Notes: a model not told the origin generated them from the sequence alone. 33,617 nucleotides of DNA from an uncultured Clostridia bacterium (GCA_947627335.1 CANQVQ010000003.1:1-33617), one strand, 5' to 3'. Counted from the stretch's first letter, positions 9,467 through 18,193 are shown. A program made the numbers and translations.

Positions 9467-11670
9467 AAAAGTCTGTCACGAAGATCCTTGCGCTTTGCCT
9501 TTGCGTCCTTCTCGCGGTGGGCGGGATCGCCATGACCGCTTTTGCCTTGAACACCGATGAAAATACGACCGAAAAGCAGGCGGACCCCGAACCCGCATCC
9601 GTTTCCGACGATACCGGCGTCTCCAAGGACGAAACCGTGTATGTCCTCGCCGAGGCGGACGGCTCCGTTCGGAAAATCATCGTCAGCGATTGGATCAAGA
9701 ATTCCCTCGGCAATGCCGCGGTGAACGATCGGACCGAACTGACGAATGTGGAAAATGTCAAGGGCGACGAAACCTACACCCTGAACGGCGACGGTCTGCG
9801 CGTATGGGACGCCCAGGGGAACGACATCTACTACCGGGGCGACATCGAAAAGGAACTCCCGGTCGACCTTTCCGTCTCCTACAAGCTGGACGGGAAGCCG
9901 ATTTCGGCGGAAGAACTGGTCGGAAAGAGCGGTCGCGTGACCATTCGGTTCGACTACCGGAACAAGCAGTACGAAACCGTCGAGATCGACGGCAGGCAGG
10001 AGAAGATCTACGTCCCGTTCGCCATGCTGACCGGCGTCCTGCTGGATGACGACGTGTTCACCAACGTGGAGGTGACCAACGGCAAACTGATTAACGACGG
10101 CAGCCGCACCGCCGTGGTCGGGATCGCTTTCCCCGGTTTGCAGGAGAACCTTGCGATTTCCAAAGATAAATTGGAGATCCCCGATTCTGTGGAGATCTCC
10201 GCTGATGTGAGCGATTTCCGGCTTGCGATGACGGTGACGCTCGCGACAAACGAGCTGTTCAGCGAATTGGACGTGGACAGTCTGGACGACGTTTCGGAAC
10301 TCAGCGCCTCCATGGAGGAACTGACGAGCGCCATGGAGCAGCTTTTGGACGGTTCCTCGCAGCTTTATGACGGGCTCGCCACATTGCTTGAAAAGTCCGA
10401 TGAACTGGTGGAAGGGATCGATCGGCTTGCCGCCGGGGCGGAGAGCCTCAAAAACGGGACCGACAGCCTTGACGCGGGAGCGGCGGAACTGCAAGCCGGG
10501 GCGGCACAGCTGCACGAAGGGCTGAACACCCTCGCGTCGAACAACGACGCCCTGAACGGCGGGGCAAAACAGGTATTCGACACGCTGCTCGCCACGGCGA
10601 ACACCCAGCTTGCAGCCGCAGGACTGGACGTCCCGACCCTGACGGTGGAAAACTATGCGCAGGTCCTGGACGGCGTCGCCGCGTCGCTGGACGGGGACGC
10701 CGTGTATGCGCAGGCGCAAAGCCAGGTGACCGCAGCCGTGGAAGCGCAGAAAGATACGATCATGCAGCAGGTCGCGACCGCCGTTCGGGTGGAGGTCGCC
10801 GCACAGGTCACGACCGCCGTCCGGGAGGAAGTGACGGCGCAGGTGACGCAGGTCGTTCGGGAAACCGTGGCGGAACAGGTCGTTCAGGCGGCTCTGCATA
10901 TCGACAAAGCGTCTTATGACGCCGCCGTTGCCGCCGGGCAGGTAGATGCGGAAACACAGGGAAAAATCGAGGCAGTCATTGAGCAACAGATGCAATCCGA
11001 GCAGATACTTCAGCAGATTCAGGCGGGGGTAGACACGCAGATGGCGACCCAACCGATCCAAGATACCGTCACGGCAAAGACCGACGAGCAAATGCAAAGC
11101 GATACCGTCAAACAGACAATCGCGCAGCAGACGGAACTGCAGATGCAGAAGATCATCTCGGAACAAATGGAATCCGACGAGGTGCAGGCGCAGCTTGCCG
11201 CCGCCGCGGAGGGCGCAAAATCGGTCGCCGCGCTCAAAGCCTCTCTGGACAGCTACAACGGATTCTACCTCGGCCTGCAAAGCTATACGTCCGGCGTCGC
11301 CGACGCCGCGGCGGGGGCGGGGACCCTGCAGGACGGAACGGATACCTTGAAAGCCGGCGCTTCCGCGCTTGCCGACGGCGCTTCACAGCTTTACGATGGG
11401 ATCCTTACCCTGAAAAACGGGACGCCGGCTCTGGTGGACGGGATCACCCAACTTCGCGACGGCGCCATGCAGCTTTCCGACGGATTGAAAGAATTTGACG
11501 AGGAAGGCGTCCAAAAGCTGGCGGACGCGGTGAACGGCGACCTCGACGGACTGCTGACAAGGCTCCGTGCGACCAGAGACGTGTCCCTGCGCTATACGAA
11601 TTTTGCAGGCATGGGCGAGGACATGGACGGTCGGGTGAAATTCATTTATCGAACGGATTCCATCGGGTAA
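9463..11670 (+). CDS. YhgE/Pip-like secreted or anchored protein with X-X-X-Leu-X-X-Gly heptad repeats
   Basis: Signal peptide MKKSVTKILALCLCVLLAVGG, KDETVYV N-domain, two heptad blocks (LLDGSSQLYDG; LADGASQLYDG), C-terminal VKFIYRTDSI. ATGA overlap with the MMPL stop, after AGGAGG. Confidence 0.8.
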   Translation: MKKSVTKILALCLCVLLAVGGIAMTAFALNTDENTTEKQADPEPASVSDDTGVSKDETVYVLAEADGSVRKIIVSDWIKNSLGNAAVNDRTELTNVENVKGDETYTLNGDGLRVWDAQGNDIYYRGDIEKELPVDLSVSYKLDGKPISAEELVGKSGRVTIRFDYRNKQYETVEIDGRQEKIYVPFAMLTGVLLDDDVFTNVEVTNGKLINDGSRTAVVGIAFPGLQENLAISKDKLEIPDSVEISADVSDFRLAMTVTLATNELFSELDVDSLDDVSELSASMEELTSAMEQLLDGSSQLYDGLATLLEKSDELVEGIDRLAAGAESLKNGTDSLDAGAAELQAGAAQLHEGLNTLASNNDALNGGAKQVFDTLLATANTQLAAAGLDVPTLTVENYAQVLDGVAASLDGDAVYAQAQSQVTAAVEAQKDTIMQQVATAVRVEVAAQVTTAVREEVTAQVTQVVRETVAEQVVQAALHIDKASYDAAVAAGQVDAETQGKIEAVIEQQMQSEQILQQIQAGVDTQMATQPIQDTVTAKTDEQMQSDTVKQTIAQQTELQMQKIISEQMESDEVQAQLAAAAEGAKSVAALKASLDSYNGFYLGLQSYTSGVADAAAGAGTLQDGTDTLKAGASALADGASQLYDGILTLKNGTPALVDGITQLRDGAMQLSDGLKEFDEEGVQKLADAVNGDLDGLLTRLRATRDVSLRYTNFAGMGEDMDGRVKFIYRTDSIG
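10768..10875 (+). repeat. Three imperfect 36-nt (12-aa) in-frame tandem repeats inside the Pip-like gene
   Basis: Units begin CAGGT at 10768, 10804 and 10840 and encode QVATAVRVEVAA / QVTTAVREEVTA / QVTQVVRETVAE. Confidence 0.7.
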
Positions 11671-11694
11671 ACCGGGAAAGGAACGGGGAACGAC

Positions 11695-12573
11695 ATGGCT
11701 GAAACGTATGTGCTGTATAACCCGATCGCGGGGGGCAACAGGGGATTTGAAAACGCTAAGAAGCTGGAGGCGGTTTTCCCGCAGAAAAACCTGCTTTACC
11801 GCGATATGACCGGCATTTCGGACTACGGCGACTTCTTCGGCTCGATCCGGGCGGACGACGTCGTCATCCTCTGCGGCGGAGACGGGACCCTGAACCGCTT
11901 CATCAACGCTACCGATTCCATGGAGATCGAAAACCCCATCCTGTACTACGCGACCGGGAACGGGAACGATTTCCTGCGGGACCTGGGGCAGACGGCGGAC
12001 GGACCGATCCAAATCAACGACTACATCAAAAATCTGCCTTCCGTCACGGTCAATGGGAAGAAACATCGGTTCCTGAACGGCGTCGGCTACGGGATCGACG
12101 GCTACTGCTGCGAAGTCGGGGACAAAAAACGGACGCAGTCCGACAAGCCGGTCAACTACGCCTCCATCGCTATTCAAGGACTGCTGTACGGGTATAAGCC
12201 GTCTGCGGCGGTCGTCACGGTGGACGGGCAGACCCGCACCTATCAAAAGGTCTGGATCGCACCGACCATGTACGGTCGCTATTACGGCGGCGGCATGATG
12301 CCCGCGCCGGAGCAGAGGCGCGGAAACGCGGAACGCACGGTGTCCGTGGCGGTCATTCACGATTCCGGGAAGCTGCGGACGCTTTGCGTCTTTCCGTCTA
12401 TCTTTCAGGGCAAGCACGTCACCCATACCGCTATCGTCGATGTGCTCAGCGGACATCGGATCACCGTGGAGTTCGACCGCCCCTCCCCTTTGCAGATCGA
12501 CGGCGAAACCGTCCTGAACGTGAAAAAATACGACGTGGAATCGGCGCCCGTCCCGGCGTACGCATTTGGGTGA
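11695..12573 (+). CDS. Diacylglycerol kinase (DAGK/YegS)-family lipid kinase
   Basis: NPIAG, GGDGTLN, TGNGNDF, GRYYGGGM and LQIDGE motifs. Confidence 0.92.
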   Translation: MAETYVLYNPIAGGNRGFENAKKLEAVFPQKNLLYRDMTGISDYGDFFGSIRADDVVILCGGDGTLNRFINATDSMEIENPILYYATGNGNDFLRDLGQTADGPIQINDYIKNLPSVTVNGKKHRFLNGVGYGIDGYCCEVGDKKRTQSDKPVNYASIAIQGLLYGYKPSAAVVTVDGQTRTYQKVWIAPTMYGRYYGGGMMPAPEQRRGNAERTVSVAVIHDSGKLRTLCVFPSIFQGKHVTHTAIVDVLSGHRITVEFDRPSPLQIDGETVLNVKKYDVESAPVPAYAFG

Positions 12574-12667
12574 GGGCGAAAAAGACCGACACGCACCCGA
12601 ATCCGTCCGTTTTTCGTAATTTTGAAACAAATTATTGGAAAAACCTACAAAAATTATCCCGAAGCGC

Positions 12668-12697
12668 TTGACAAACATCGGCGCATTGTGCTATAAT
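12668..12697 (+). promoter_or_regulatory. Consensus sigmaA promoter with extended -10
   Basis: TTGACA (12668)-18 bp-TATAAT (12692), preceded by TG. Confidence 0.75.
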
Positions 12698-12886
12698 ACG
12701 ACAGACAGGAACATTTGGGGGGATGCTGTCTGTCGTATTTTGATTTTGCCCCAAACCCCAAAGGCGTGTTGAAGTCCGAAAAATTCCAATTCCGGATCCT
12801 TTGCTTTTTTCAGATTTGTTCGGGGAAAGCGAAAGAACCGGCGATCATTCGCAGCTTGGGATTTCTGAGATAAAAAGGAGGAATAC

Positions 12887-14038
12887 GTGATGTATTGTAC
12901 AAATTGCGGGACGCAAAATGCGGACGACGCTTCGTTCTGCCGGAATTGCGGATCGCCGCTCAAAAAAAGCCAGACCGGCTATCAGCAGCCGTATCAGGCG
13001 CCGCGGTACCGGCAGGCGCCGTATTCGCAGCGACCCGCATCGTCCGCGGGAACGGCGGTTTTGCGGAATGTTTGCTCTTCTCCCGAGGCGCTCGCGGCGA
13101 TCATCGCCTATACGGCGGCGGCCTTTTTCAGTTTTTTGAACGCGGTCTTCAACTCGTACGGCATCCTCAGCAACTTCTATCAAATTGCGGATCTGCTGGA
13201 TATGAGGAGTTTTTACCGTACTTTAAGCGGTTCCTTCGTTGCGCTGTCGATCATCGCGATGATCCCAACCGTTTTGATTGCCGTCGGCTTATGGCTCACC
13301 TACACCTCCGCGGCGAGCAAGACGAGCGCCGGGGTGAAAACGATCGGGCTGACGATCATAAAAGTGGTCCTGATCGTCAACCTCTCGATCATCGGCGGTC
13401 TTCTCGCGATCGTTGAGATCGTTGAGATTGTCGCCTTGTCTACAGTATCCCAAGTCAGCCACGGTTATTTCGGTTCCGCAATGATCGGTTCGCTCGTCGG
13501 CGTGATGATCGTCATTGCGATCGCCCTGGCATTGGTCATTCTTTTCTATGTGAAAGCGATCAAGACCGTCAACACGATCCGGCAGACGGCGCAAAGCGGG
13601 GTCCCATCGGATAACGTGTCCGTCTTTGTGGCGGTCATGTCGTTCATCATGGGCGGCTTTACGGTGATTTCGATCATCGGAAGTTATGGAGCGCTCGCCG
13701 TGCTTTCCAACCTGTGTTCCGCAACGGCATACATTACATTCGGTGTGTTTCTGCTCTCCTACCGTGGAAAAATGCGGACCGCGGTATACGGCGCCGGATA
13801 CGCGAATTTCCGGCAGCAGCCGTATACGTCGCAGACGCCTTACGGTACGCCGAACGACTTCACGGTGCAGGACACCACGAATTACGGGCAGTCCGCGGAT
13901 GCGGAGCAGGAGACGGCGGAGACAGGCGGGAACGCCCCGCAGCAGCTCGTCACCTGTTCGAGATGCGGTGGGCAGTACAACGTGTCCCAGGGACAGGAAT
14001 GCAGATGCCCCTACTGCGGCAACGTGGAAAACGAGTAA
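12887..14038 (+). CDS. Zinc-ribbon domain membrane protein
   Basis: N-terminal CTNCG...FCRNCG, about six TM segments, C-terminal CSRCG...CPYCG. AAGGAGG RBS; start is GTG 12887 or ATG 12890. Confidence 0.85.
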   Translation: MMYCTNCGTQNADDASFCRNCGSPLKKSQTGYQQPYQAPRYRQAPYSQRPASSAGTAVLRNVCSSPEALAAIIAYTAAAFFSFLNAVFNSYGILSNFYQIADLLDMRSFYRTLSGSFVALSIIAMIPTVLIAVGLWLTYTSAASKTSAGVKTIGLTIIKVVLIVNLSIIGGLLAIVEIVEIVALSTVSQVSHGYFGSAMIGSLVGVMIVIAIALALVILFYVKAIKTVNTIRQTAQSGVPSDNVSVFVAVMSFIMGGFTVISIIGSYGALAVLSNLCSATAYITFGVFLLSYRGKMRTAVYGAGYANFRQQPYTSQTPYGTPNDFTVQDTTNYGQSADAEQETAETGGNAPQQLVTCSRCGGQYNVSQGQECRCPYCGNVENE

Positions 14039-14113
14039 CCGGACAGCAAAGTTTTTTGACCGAAAAAACGGAAACGGGATTTTCCGTCGCACGGACGGGG
14101 TTTCCGCATGACA

Positions 14114-14150
14114 GGCAGGACCATCGGTTTACCGGTGGTCTTGCTTTTTT
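14114..14150 (+). terminator. Rho-independent terminator
   Basis: GCAGGACCATCGG...CCGGTGGTCTTGC hairpin followed by TTTTTT. Confidence 0.65.
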
Positions 14151-14213
14151 GCCGCACGGCGTCCGTTCCCGAAATTTTGCAAAAAAAAATCGAAAAAAGT
14201 TTCGCCCGGGGTA

Positions 14214-14263
14214 TTGACATCGTGTCAGAACCGTGCTATACTGACAATGCTGACACGGCGTCA
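14214..14263 (+). promoter_or_regulatory. sigmaA promoter with two palindromic TetR-type operators
   Basis: TTGACA (14214)-17 bp-TATACT (14237). Palindrome TGACA-tcg-TGTCA at 14215-14227 overlaps the -35; TGACA-cgg-CGTCA lies at 14251-14263. Confidence 0.75.
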
Positions 14264-14303
14264 AAAAGTATACCGTTTCAAGCGGAAAGGGAGGGGACCG
14301 CCT

Positions 14304-14933
14304 ATGCCGAAAGGATCGCCGGAACTGACGGAGGCACGCAGGGAAGAGATCGTCAATGCCTGCGAAACGCTCTATCAGACCAAGAGTTTCAAGGAGATCA
14401 CGCTGAAGGACATCGCGAACGCCACCAGCTTCACCCGTACCTCGATCTACAACTACTTCCAGACGAAAGAAGAGATCTTCCTTGCCCTGCTGAAGCGGGA
14501 ATACGAGCTGTGGATCGCAGACCTCAATCAAATTATGGCGGAAAACGAGACGCTTACCAAGGACGGATTCGCGGACAGGCTGGCGCGTTCCCTTGAAAAA
14601 CGTGCGCAGCTGCTCAAAATCCTATCCATGAACCATTACGACCTCGAAAGCAGCAGTCGTCCCGAACGATTGGTCGAATTCAAGGTCGCCTACGGGAACT
14701 CCCTGAAAACGGTCATGCACTGTTTGGAGAAGTACTTCCCGGAACTGCCGATCGCCGAAAAGCAACGCTTCCTCTACACGTTCTTCCCGTTCCTGTTCGG
14801 GATCTACCCCTACACGTTCGTGACCGAGAAGCAGCGGACGGCGATGGAGGAAGCCGGGGTCAACTATGTGTTCCTGTCGATTTACGAGATCACCTACAAC
14901 TGCGCAAGAATGCTTTTGGGGGAATCCGTATGA
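14304..14933 (+). CDS. TetR/AcrR-family transcriptional regulator
   Basis: ITLKDIANATSFTRTSIYNYFQTKEEIFL helix-turn-helix. ATG 14304 follows GGGAGG. Confidence 0.92.
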   Translation: MPKGSPELTEARREEIVNACETLYQTKSFKEITLKDIANATSFTRTSIYNYFQTKEEIFLALLKREYELWIADLNQIMAENETLTKDGFADRLARSLEKRAQLLKILSMNHYDLESSSRPERLVEFKVAYGNSLKTVMHCLEKYFPELPIAEKQRFLYTFFPFLFGIYPYTFVTEKQRTAMEEAGVNYVFLSIYEITYNCARMLLGESV

Positions 14934-15463
14934 AAAGAATCGGAATTTTGCTGACGGTGCTTTTTCTGCTCGTCTGCGTCGCGTCGTGCGGAGCGGAGGA
15001 AGCGCGGACCGAACCGGGCGAAACCGTCGACTCGTCCACGCAGGATACGCAGAGCGAACCGGGCGAAACCGTCACGACGGAAAACAAAACGGAAACGGAG
15101 GCGAAAACCGCCATGAAAATGAACGTGCAGATCGGGGATCGGACCTTTTCTGCGACGCTGGAGGACAACGACGCGGTGCGGGAACTTGTCGGGATGATGA
15201 AGGAGTCGCCCGTAACGCTCGAACTGCGGGACTATTCCGGCTTTGAAAAGGTCGGTCCGCTCGGCAGGAGCCTTTCAACGGACGACCGGCAGACCACGAC
15301 CGTCGCGGGGGACATCGTGCTGTATAACGGGGACCAGATCGTGCTGTTTTACGGGTCCAATTCGTGGAGCTATACGCGGGTCGGGCATATCGACGACCTG
15401 ACCGGCTGGGCGGACGCGCTCGGCAGCGGTGGGGTCACGGCGGTATTTACCCTTGCGGAATAA
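14930..15463 (+). CDS. Cyclophilin-like fold lipoprotein
   Basis: Lipobox VASC and a low-complexity linker, then FSATLEDN...DYSGFEKVG...GDIVLYNGDQIVLFYGSNSWSYTRVG. Confidence 0.85.
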   Translation: MKRIGILLTVLFLLVCVASCGAEEARTEPGETVDSSTQDTQSEPGETVTTENKTETEAKTAMKMNVQIGDRTFSATLEDNDAVRELVGMMKESPVTLELRDYSGFEKVGPLGRSLSTDDRQTTTVAGDIVLYNGDQIVLFYGSNSWSYTRVGHIDDLTGWADALGSGGVTAVFTLAE

Positions 15464-15483
15464 AAAAACGGGAGGTTTTCATC

Positions 15484-16239
15484 ATGGAAAAGATCACGCA
15501 GACCGCGGGCAGGGACCAACTCGGCGACTTCGCGCCGGATTTCGCCCACTTCAACGACGACGTTCTCTTCGGCGAGAACTGGAACAACCCCGACATCGAT
15601 TTGAAGACCCGGTGCATCATCACCGTCGTTGCGCTGATGGGTTCGGGCATCACCGATTCGTCGCTGACCTACCACCTCGAAAACGCGAAGGCGCACGGCG
15701 TGACCCGTGCGGAGATCGCCGCCATCGTGACGCACGTCGGCTTCTACGTCGGCTGGCCGAAGGCGTGGGCGGTGTTCCGGCTGGCGAAGGACGTCTGGAA
15801 CGAGCAAGAACCGGCGCTGACCGAGAAGGAGCGGTATCAGAACACGATTTTCTTCCCCATCGGTGCGCCGAACGACGGCTTTAAGCAGTATTTTTCCGGG
15901 CAAAGCTACCTTGCGCCGGTTTCCAAGGAACAGGTCGGCATCTTCAACGTGACCTTTGAGCCGGGCTGCCGCAACAACTGGCATATCCACCACGCCGACA
16001 AGGGCGGCGGACAGATCCTCGTCTGCGTCGGCGGGCGCGGGTACTATCAGGAATGGGGCAGGGAAGCCGTGGAACTGAAGCCCGGCGACTGCGTCAACAT
16101 CCCCGCGGGCGTCAAGCACTGGCACGGCGCCGCTCCCGACAGCTGGTTCAGCCACCTTGCAATCGAGGTGCCGGGCGAAAACGGCTCGAACGAATGGCTG
16201 GAGCCGGTGGACGAGCGGCAGTACGGACGTTTGCAATGA
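15484..16239 (+). CDS. Carboxymuconolactone decarboxylase (AhpD-like) domain fused to a cupin domain
   Basis: N-domain FAHFNDDVLFGENW...HVGFYVGWPKAW; C-domain NVTFEPGCRNNWHIH...KHWHGA...FSHLAIE. ATG 15484 follows GGGAGG. Confidence 0.9.
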   Translation: MEKITQTAGRDQLGDFAPDFAHFNDDVLFGENWNNPDIDLKTRCIITVVALMGSGITDSSLTYHLENAKAHGVTRAEIAAIVTHVGFYVGWPKAWAVFRLAKDVWNEQEPALTEKERYQNTIFFPIGAPNDGFKQYFSGQSYLAPVSKEQVGIFNVTFEPGCRNNWHIHHADKGGGQILVCVGGRGYYQEWGREAVELKPGDCVNIPAGVKHWHGAAPDSWFSHLAIEVPGENGSNEWLEPVDERQYGRLQ

Positions 16240-16324
16240 GAAACGGGACGTGCGTTCCGCCGCCCGACGGACCCCGTGCGTAAAAAAACGGAAACGCACA
16301 GGCGAACCGTCTTTTGCAAAATTT

Positions 16325-16357
16325 TCGCGCCGCACAGGTTTTTCCTGTGCGGCGCGA
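16325..16357. terminator. Hairpin between convergent genes, probably a bidirectional terminator
   Basis: Perfect 14-bp stem TCGCGCCGCACAGG-TTTTT-CCTGTGCGGCGCGA. Confidence 0.65.
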
Positions 16358-16398
16358 TTTCTGCATACCGCTTCGGTACGCAGCGGAAGCCGGTCGGA

Positions 16399-16758
16399 TC
16401 ACGGATGGATCTCGGCGTCGTCAGCCGTGTATGCACCGAGCGAACCCGCTTTCACCTGGATACACACATAGCTGATCTCGGAATCGTCGGACGCAAAGAA
16501 TTGCCTTTTTGCCGCAGGCGCGATCCGAAGCCAGTCGCCCGCATGAAGCGCTACGGTTTCCCCGTCGATGACGGCTTTCCCTTGCCCGGAGAGGATCGCG
16601 TAGATCTCTTCGTTCTGCTTATGGGAATGGACAAACGGAACGCTTGCGCCGGCGGGAAGATGATTCACGCTGACCTCCGCCCCCGTAAGCGACAGCTTGT
16701 CGTGCAGTTCCGTCCGTGCTTCCTGCCCGACGGTTACTTTGCTGAAATTTTTCATCAT
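16399..16758 (-). CDS. Cupin domain protein
   Basis: PFVHSHKQNEEIYAILSGQG cupin motif 1. Start re-called at ATG 16758 after GGAGG. Confidence 0.9.
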   Translation of the reverse strand: MMKNFSKVTVGQEARTELHDKLSLTGAEVSVNHLPAGASVPFVHSHKQNEEIYAILSGQGKAVIDGETVALHAGDWLRIAPAAKRQFFASDDSEISYVCIQVKAGSLGAYTADDAEIHP

Positions 16759-16784
16759 TTGGGTCCCTCCGATAAAAATATTGT

Positions 16785-16845
16785 TGTAATCTTTTCGATT
16801 ACAACAATAGTATAGCACATTCCGAATGTAATGTCAATAGTTACA
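16785..16845 (-). promoter_or_regulatory. Cupin promoter with two TGTAA-N9-TTACA Rrf2 (SifR/YwnA-type) operators
   Basis: Minus strand TTGACA (16837-16832)-17 bp-TATACT (16814-16809). Boxes are TGTAAtcttttcgaTTACA at 16785-16803 and TGTAAtgtcaatagTTACA at 16827-16845. Confidence 0.85.
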
Positions 16846-16889
16846 TCGAAATTTTTTGAAATTTTTTGCTCTTGCCGGGCGAAAAAGGG

Positions 16890-17327
16890 TCACGGCTCCG
16901 CGATACATTTTTCCGTATCCCGCTTGATGTCCTCCAAGGTGATGGACGCAAGCTCTTTTTCCATCGCATTCTGCACCCGCAGCAGCTTATCGTCCAGGAT
17001 CCTGTGGATATTGCGTCCGACCGGGCATTGCTCGTTTGGATTTTCGTGGAAGTGAAACAGCGTTCCGTTCTCCACACACGCGACCGCATGATAAATGTCC
17101 AGGAGGGTGATCTCCCGCAACGGCTTCGCGACGGAAACGCCGCCTGTGCCGCGTGCCACGGCGACAAGCCCCGCCGCCTTTAGTTGGGAAAGGATCTTGC
17201 GAATGACGACGGGATTCACGTTCGTGCTTCCCGCGAGGAATTCGCTTGTGACCTTATACGCGTCCTGAAAGGTGTCGATACAGGCAAAAATGTGGACGGC
17301 CAAGGTGAATCTGCTTGAGATCTGCAT
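16890..17327 (-). CDS. Rrf2-family regulator, SifR/YwnA-like (no Fe-S Cys triad)
   Basis: MQISSRFTLAVH...STNVNPVVIRKIL...RGTGG, and the HENPNEQCPVG motif characteristic of the SifR/YwnA subfamily. Confidence 0.92.
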   Translation of the reverse strand: MQISSRFTLAVHIFACIDTFQDAYKVTSEFLAGSTNVNPVVIRKILSQLKAAGLVAVARGTGGVSVAKPLREITLLDIYHAVACVENGTLFHFHENPNEQCPVGRNIHRILDDKLLRVQNAMEKELASITLEDIKRDTEKCIAEP

Positions 17328-17521
17328 GGAATGAGCGCCTCGCTTTCTCCTGTATTATACAACAATCTTTCCGGAAAATCAAGTGCCGTAACCGCGTCCT
17401 GCGCCTGCCGTGCGGGCGAATCCATGATCACGCGGACAATTTTTTTCGCAAAACCGGCAAAACGCAAACAAAACTTTAACAATTGCGTGCTAAAATGAGA
17501 AAAAAGCGGGAGGGACACGTT

Positions 17522-18193
17522 ATGTTCAAACTATTGGTGGTGGAGGACGACAAAGACCTGAATCACACGGTCTGTTCGTTCCTGAACGGGAGCGGGTATG
17601 AGGCGGTGGGGTGCCTTGGCGCGAACGAGGCGTACGACGCCATGTACGAAAATCCCTTCGACCTGATCGTTTCCGACATCATGATGCCCGGTATCGACGG
17701 TTATGAGTTCGCGAAAACCGTGCGGTCGCTCAATGCGGAGATCCCCATCCTCTTTATGACGGCGCGGGACGATTTCGCGTCCAAGCAGAAGGGCTACCGC
17801 ATCGGGATCGACGATTATATGGTCAAGCCGATTGATTTGGACGAGCTTTTCCTGCGGATCGGGGCGCTCCTGCGCCGGGCGAAAATTGCCACCTCCCACA
17901 AGCTGGAGATCGGCAAGCTGAAACTTGACATGGACGAGCGCACGGCGGTCTACGACGGCGAGGAGATCCCCCTGACAACGCGGGAATTCAATATCCTCTA
18001 CAAGCTGCTGTCCTACCCCGGCAAGACCTTCACCCGCACCCAGCTCATGGACGAATTCTGGGACGCGGAGACGAATACGGCGCCGCGAGCGGTGGACGTT
18101 TACATGACGAAGCTGCGCGGGAAGTTCGAGAACTGCACGGAATTTGCGATCAAGACCGTCCACGGTCTGGGATACAAGGCGGTGGTGAAATGA
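17522..18193 (+). CDS. OmpR/PhoB-family response regulator
   Basis: VVEDD, SDIMMPGIDG and DDYMVKP receiver motifs; winged helix RAVDVYMTKLR...TVHGLGYK. ATG 17522 follows GGGAGG. Confidence 0.95.
   Translation: MFKLLVVEDDKDLNHTVCSFLNGSGYEAVGCLGANEAYDAMYENPFDLIVSDIMMPGIDGYEFAKTVRSLNAEIPILFMTARDDFASKQKGYRIGIDDYMVKPIDLDELFLRIGALLRRAKIATSHKLEIGKLKLDMDERTAVYDGEEIPLTTREFNILYKLLSYPGKTFTRTQLMDEFWDAETNTAPRAVDVYMTKLRGKFENCTEFAIKTVHGLGYKAVVK

Noticed and set aside
9283-11280. 665-aa minus-strand ORF, and similar long antisense ORFs (1333-2571, 7307-8593, 11383-12678, 22407-23426)
   Set aside because: Each lies opposite a gene with clear motifs and an RBS; typical shadow ORFs.
9463-11670. Pip-like gene as type VII secretion EsaA or a phage tape-measure protein
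   Set aside because: No EssC, WXG100 or phage genes nearby, no C-terminal multi-TM region, and it is coupled to an MMPL gene.
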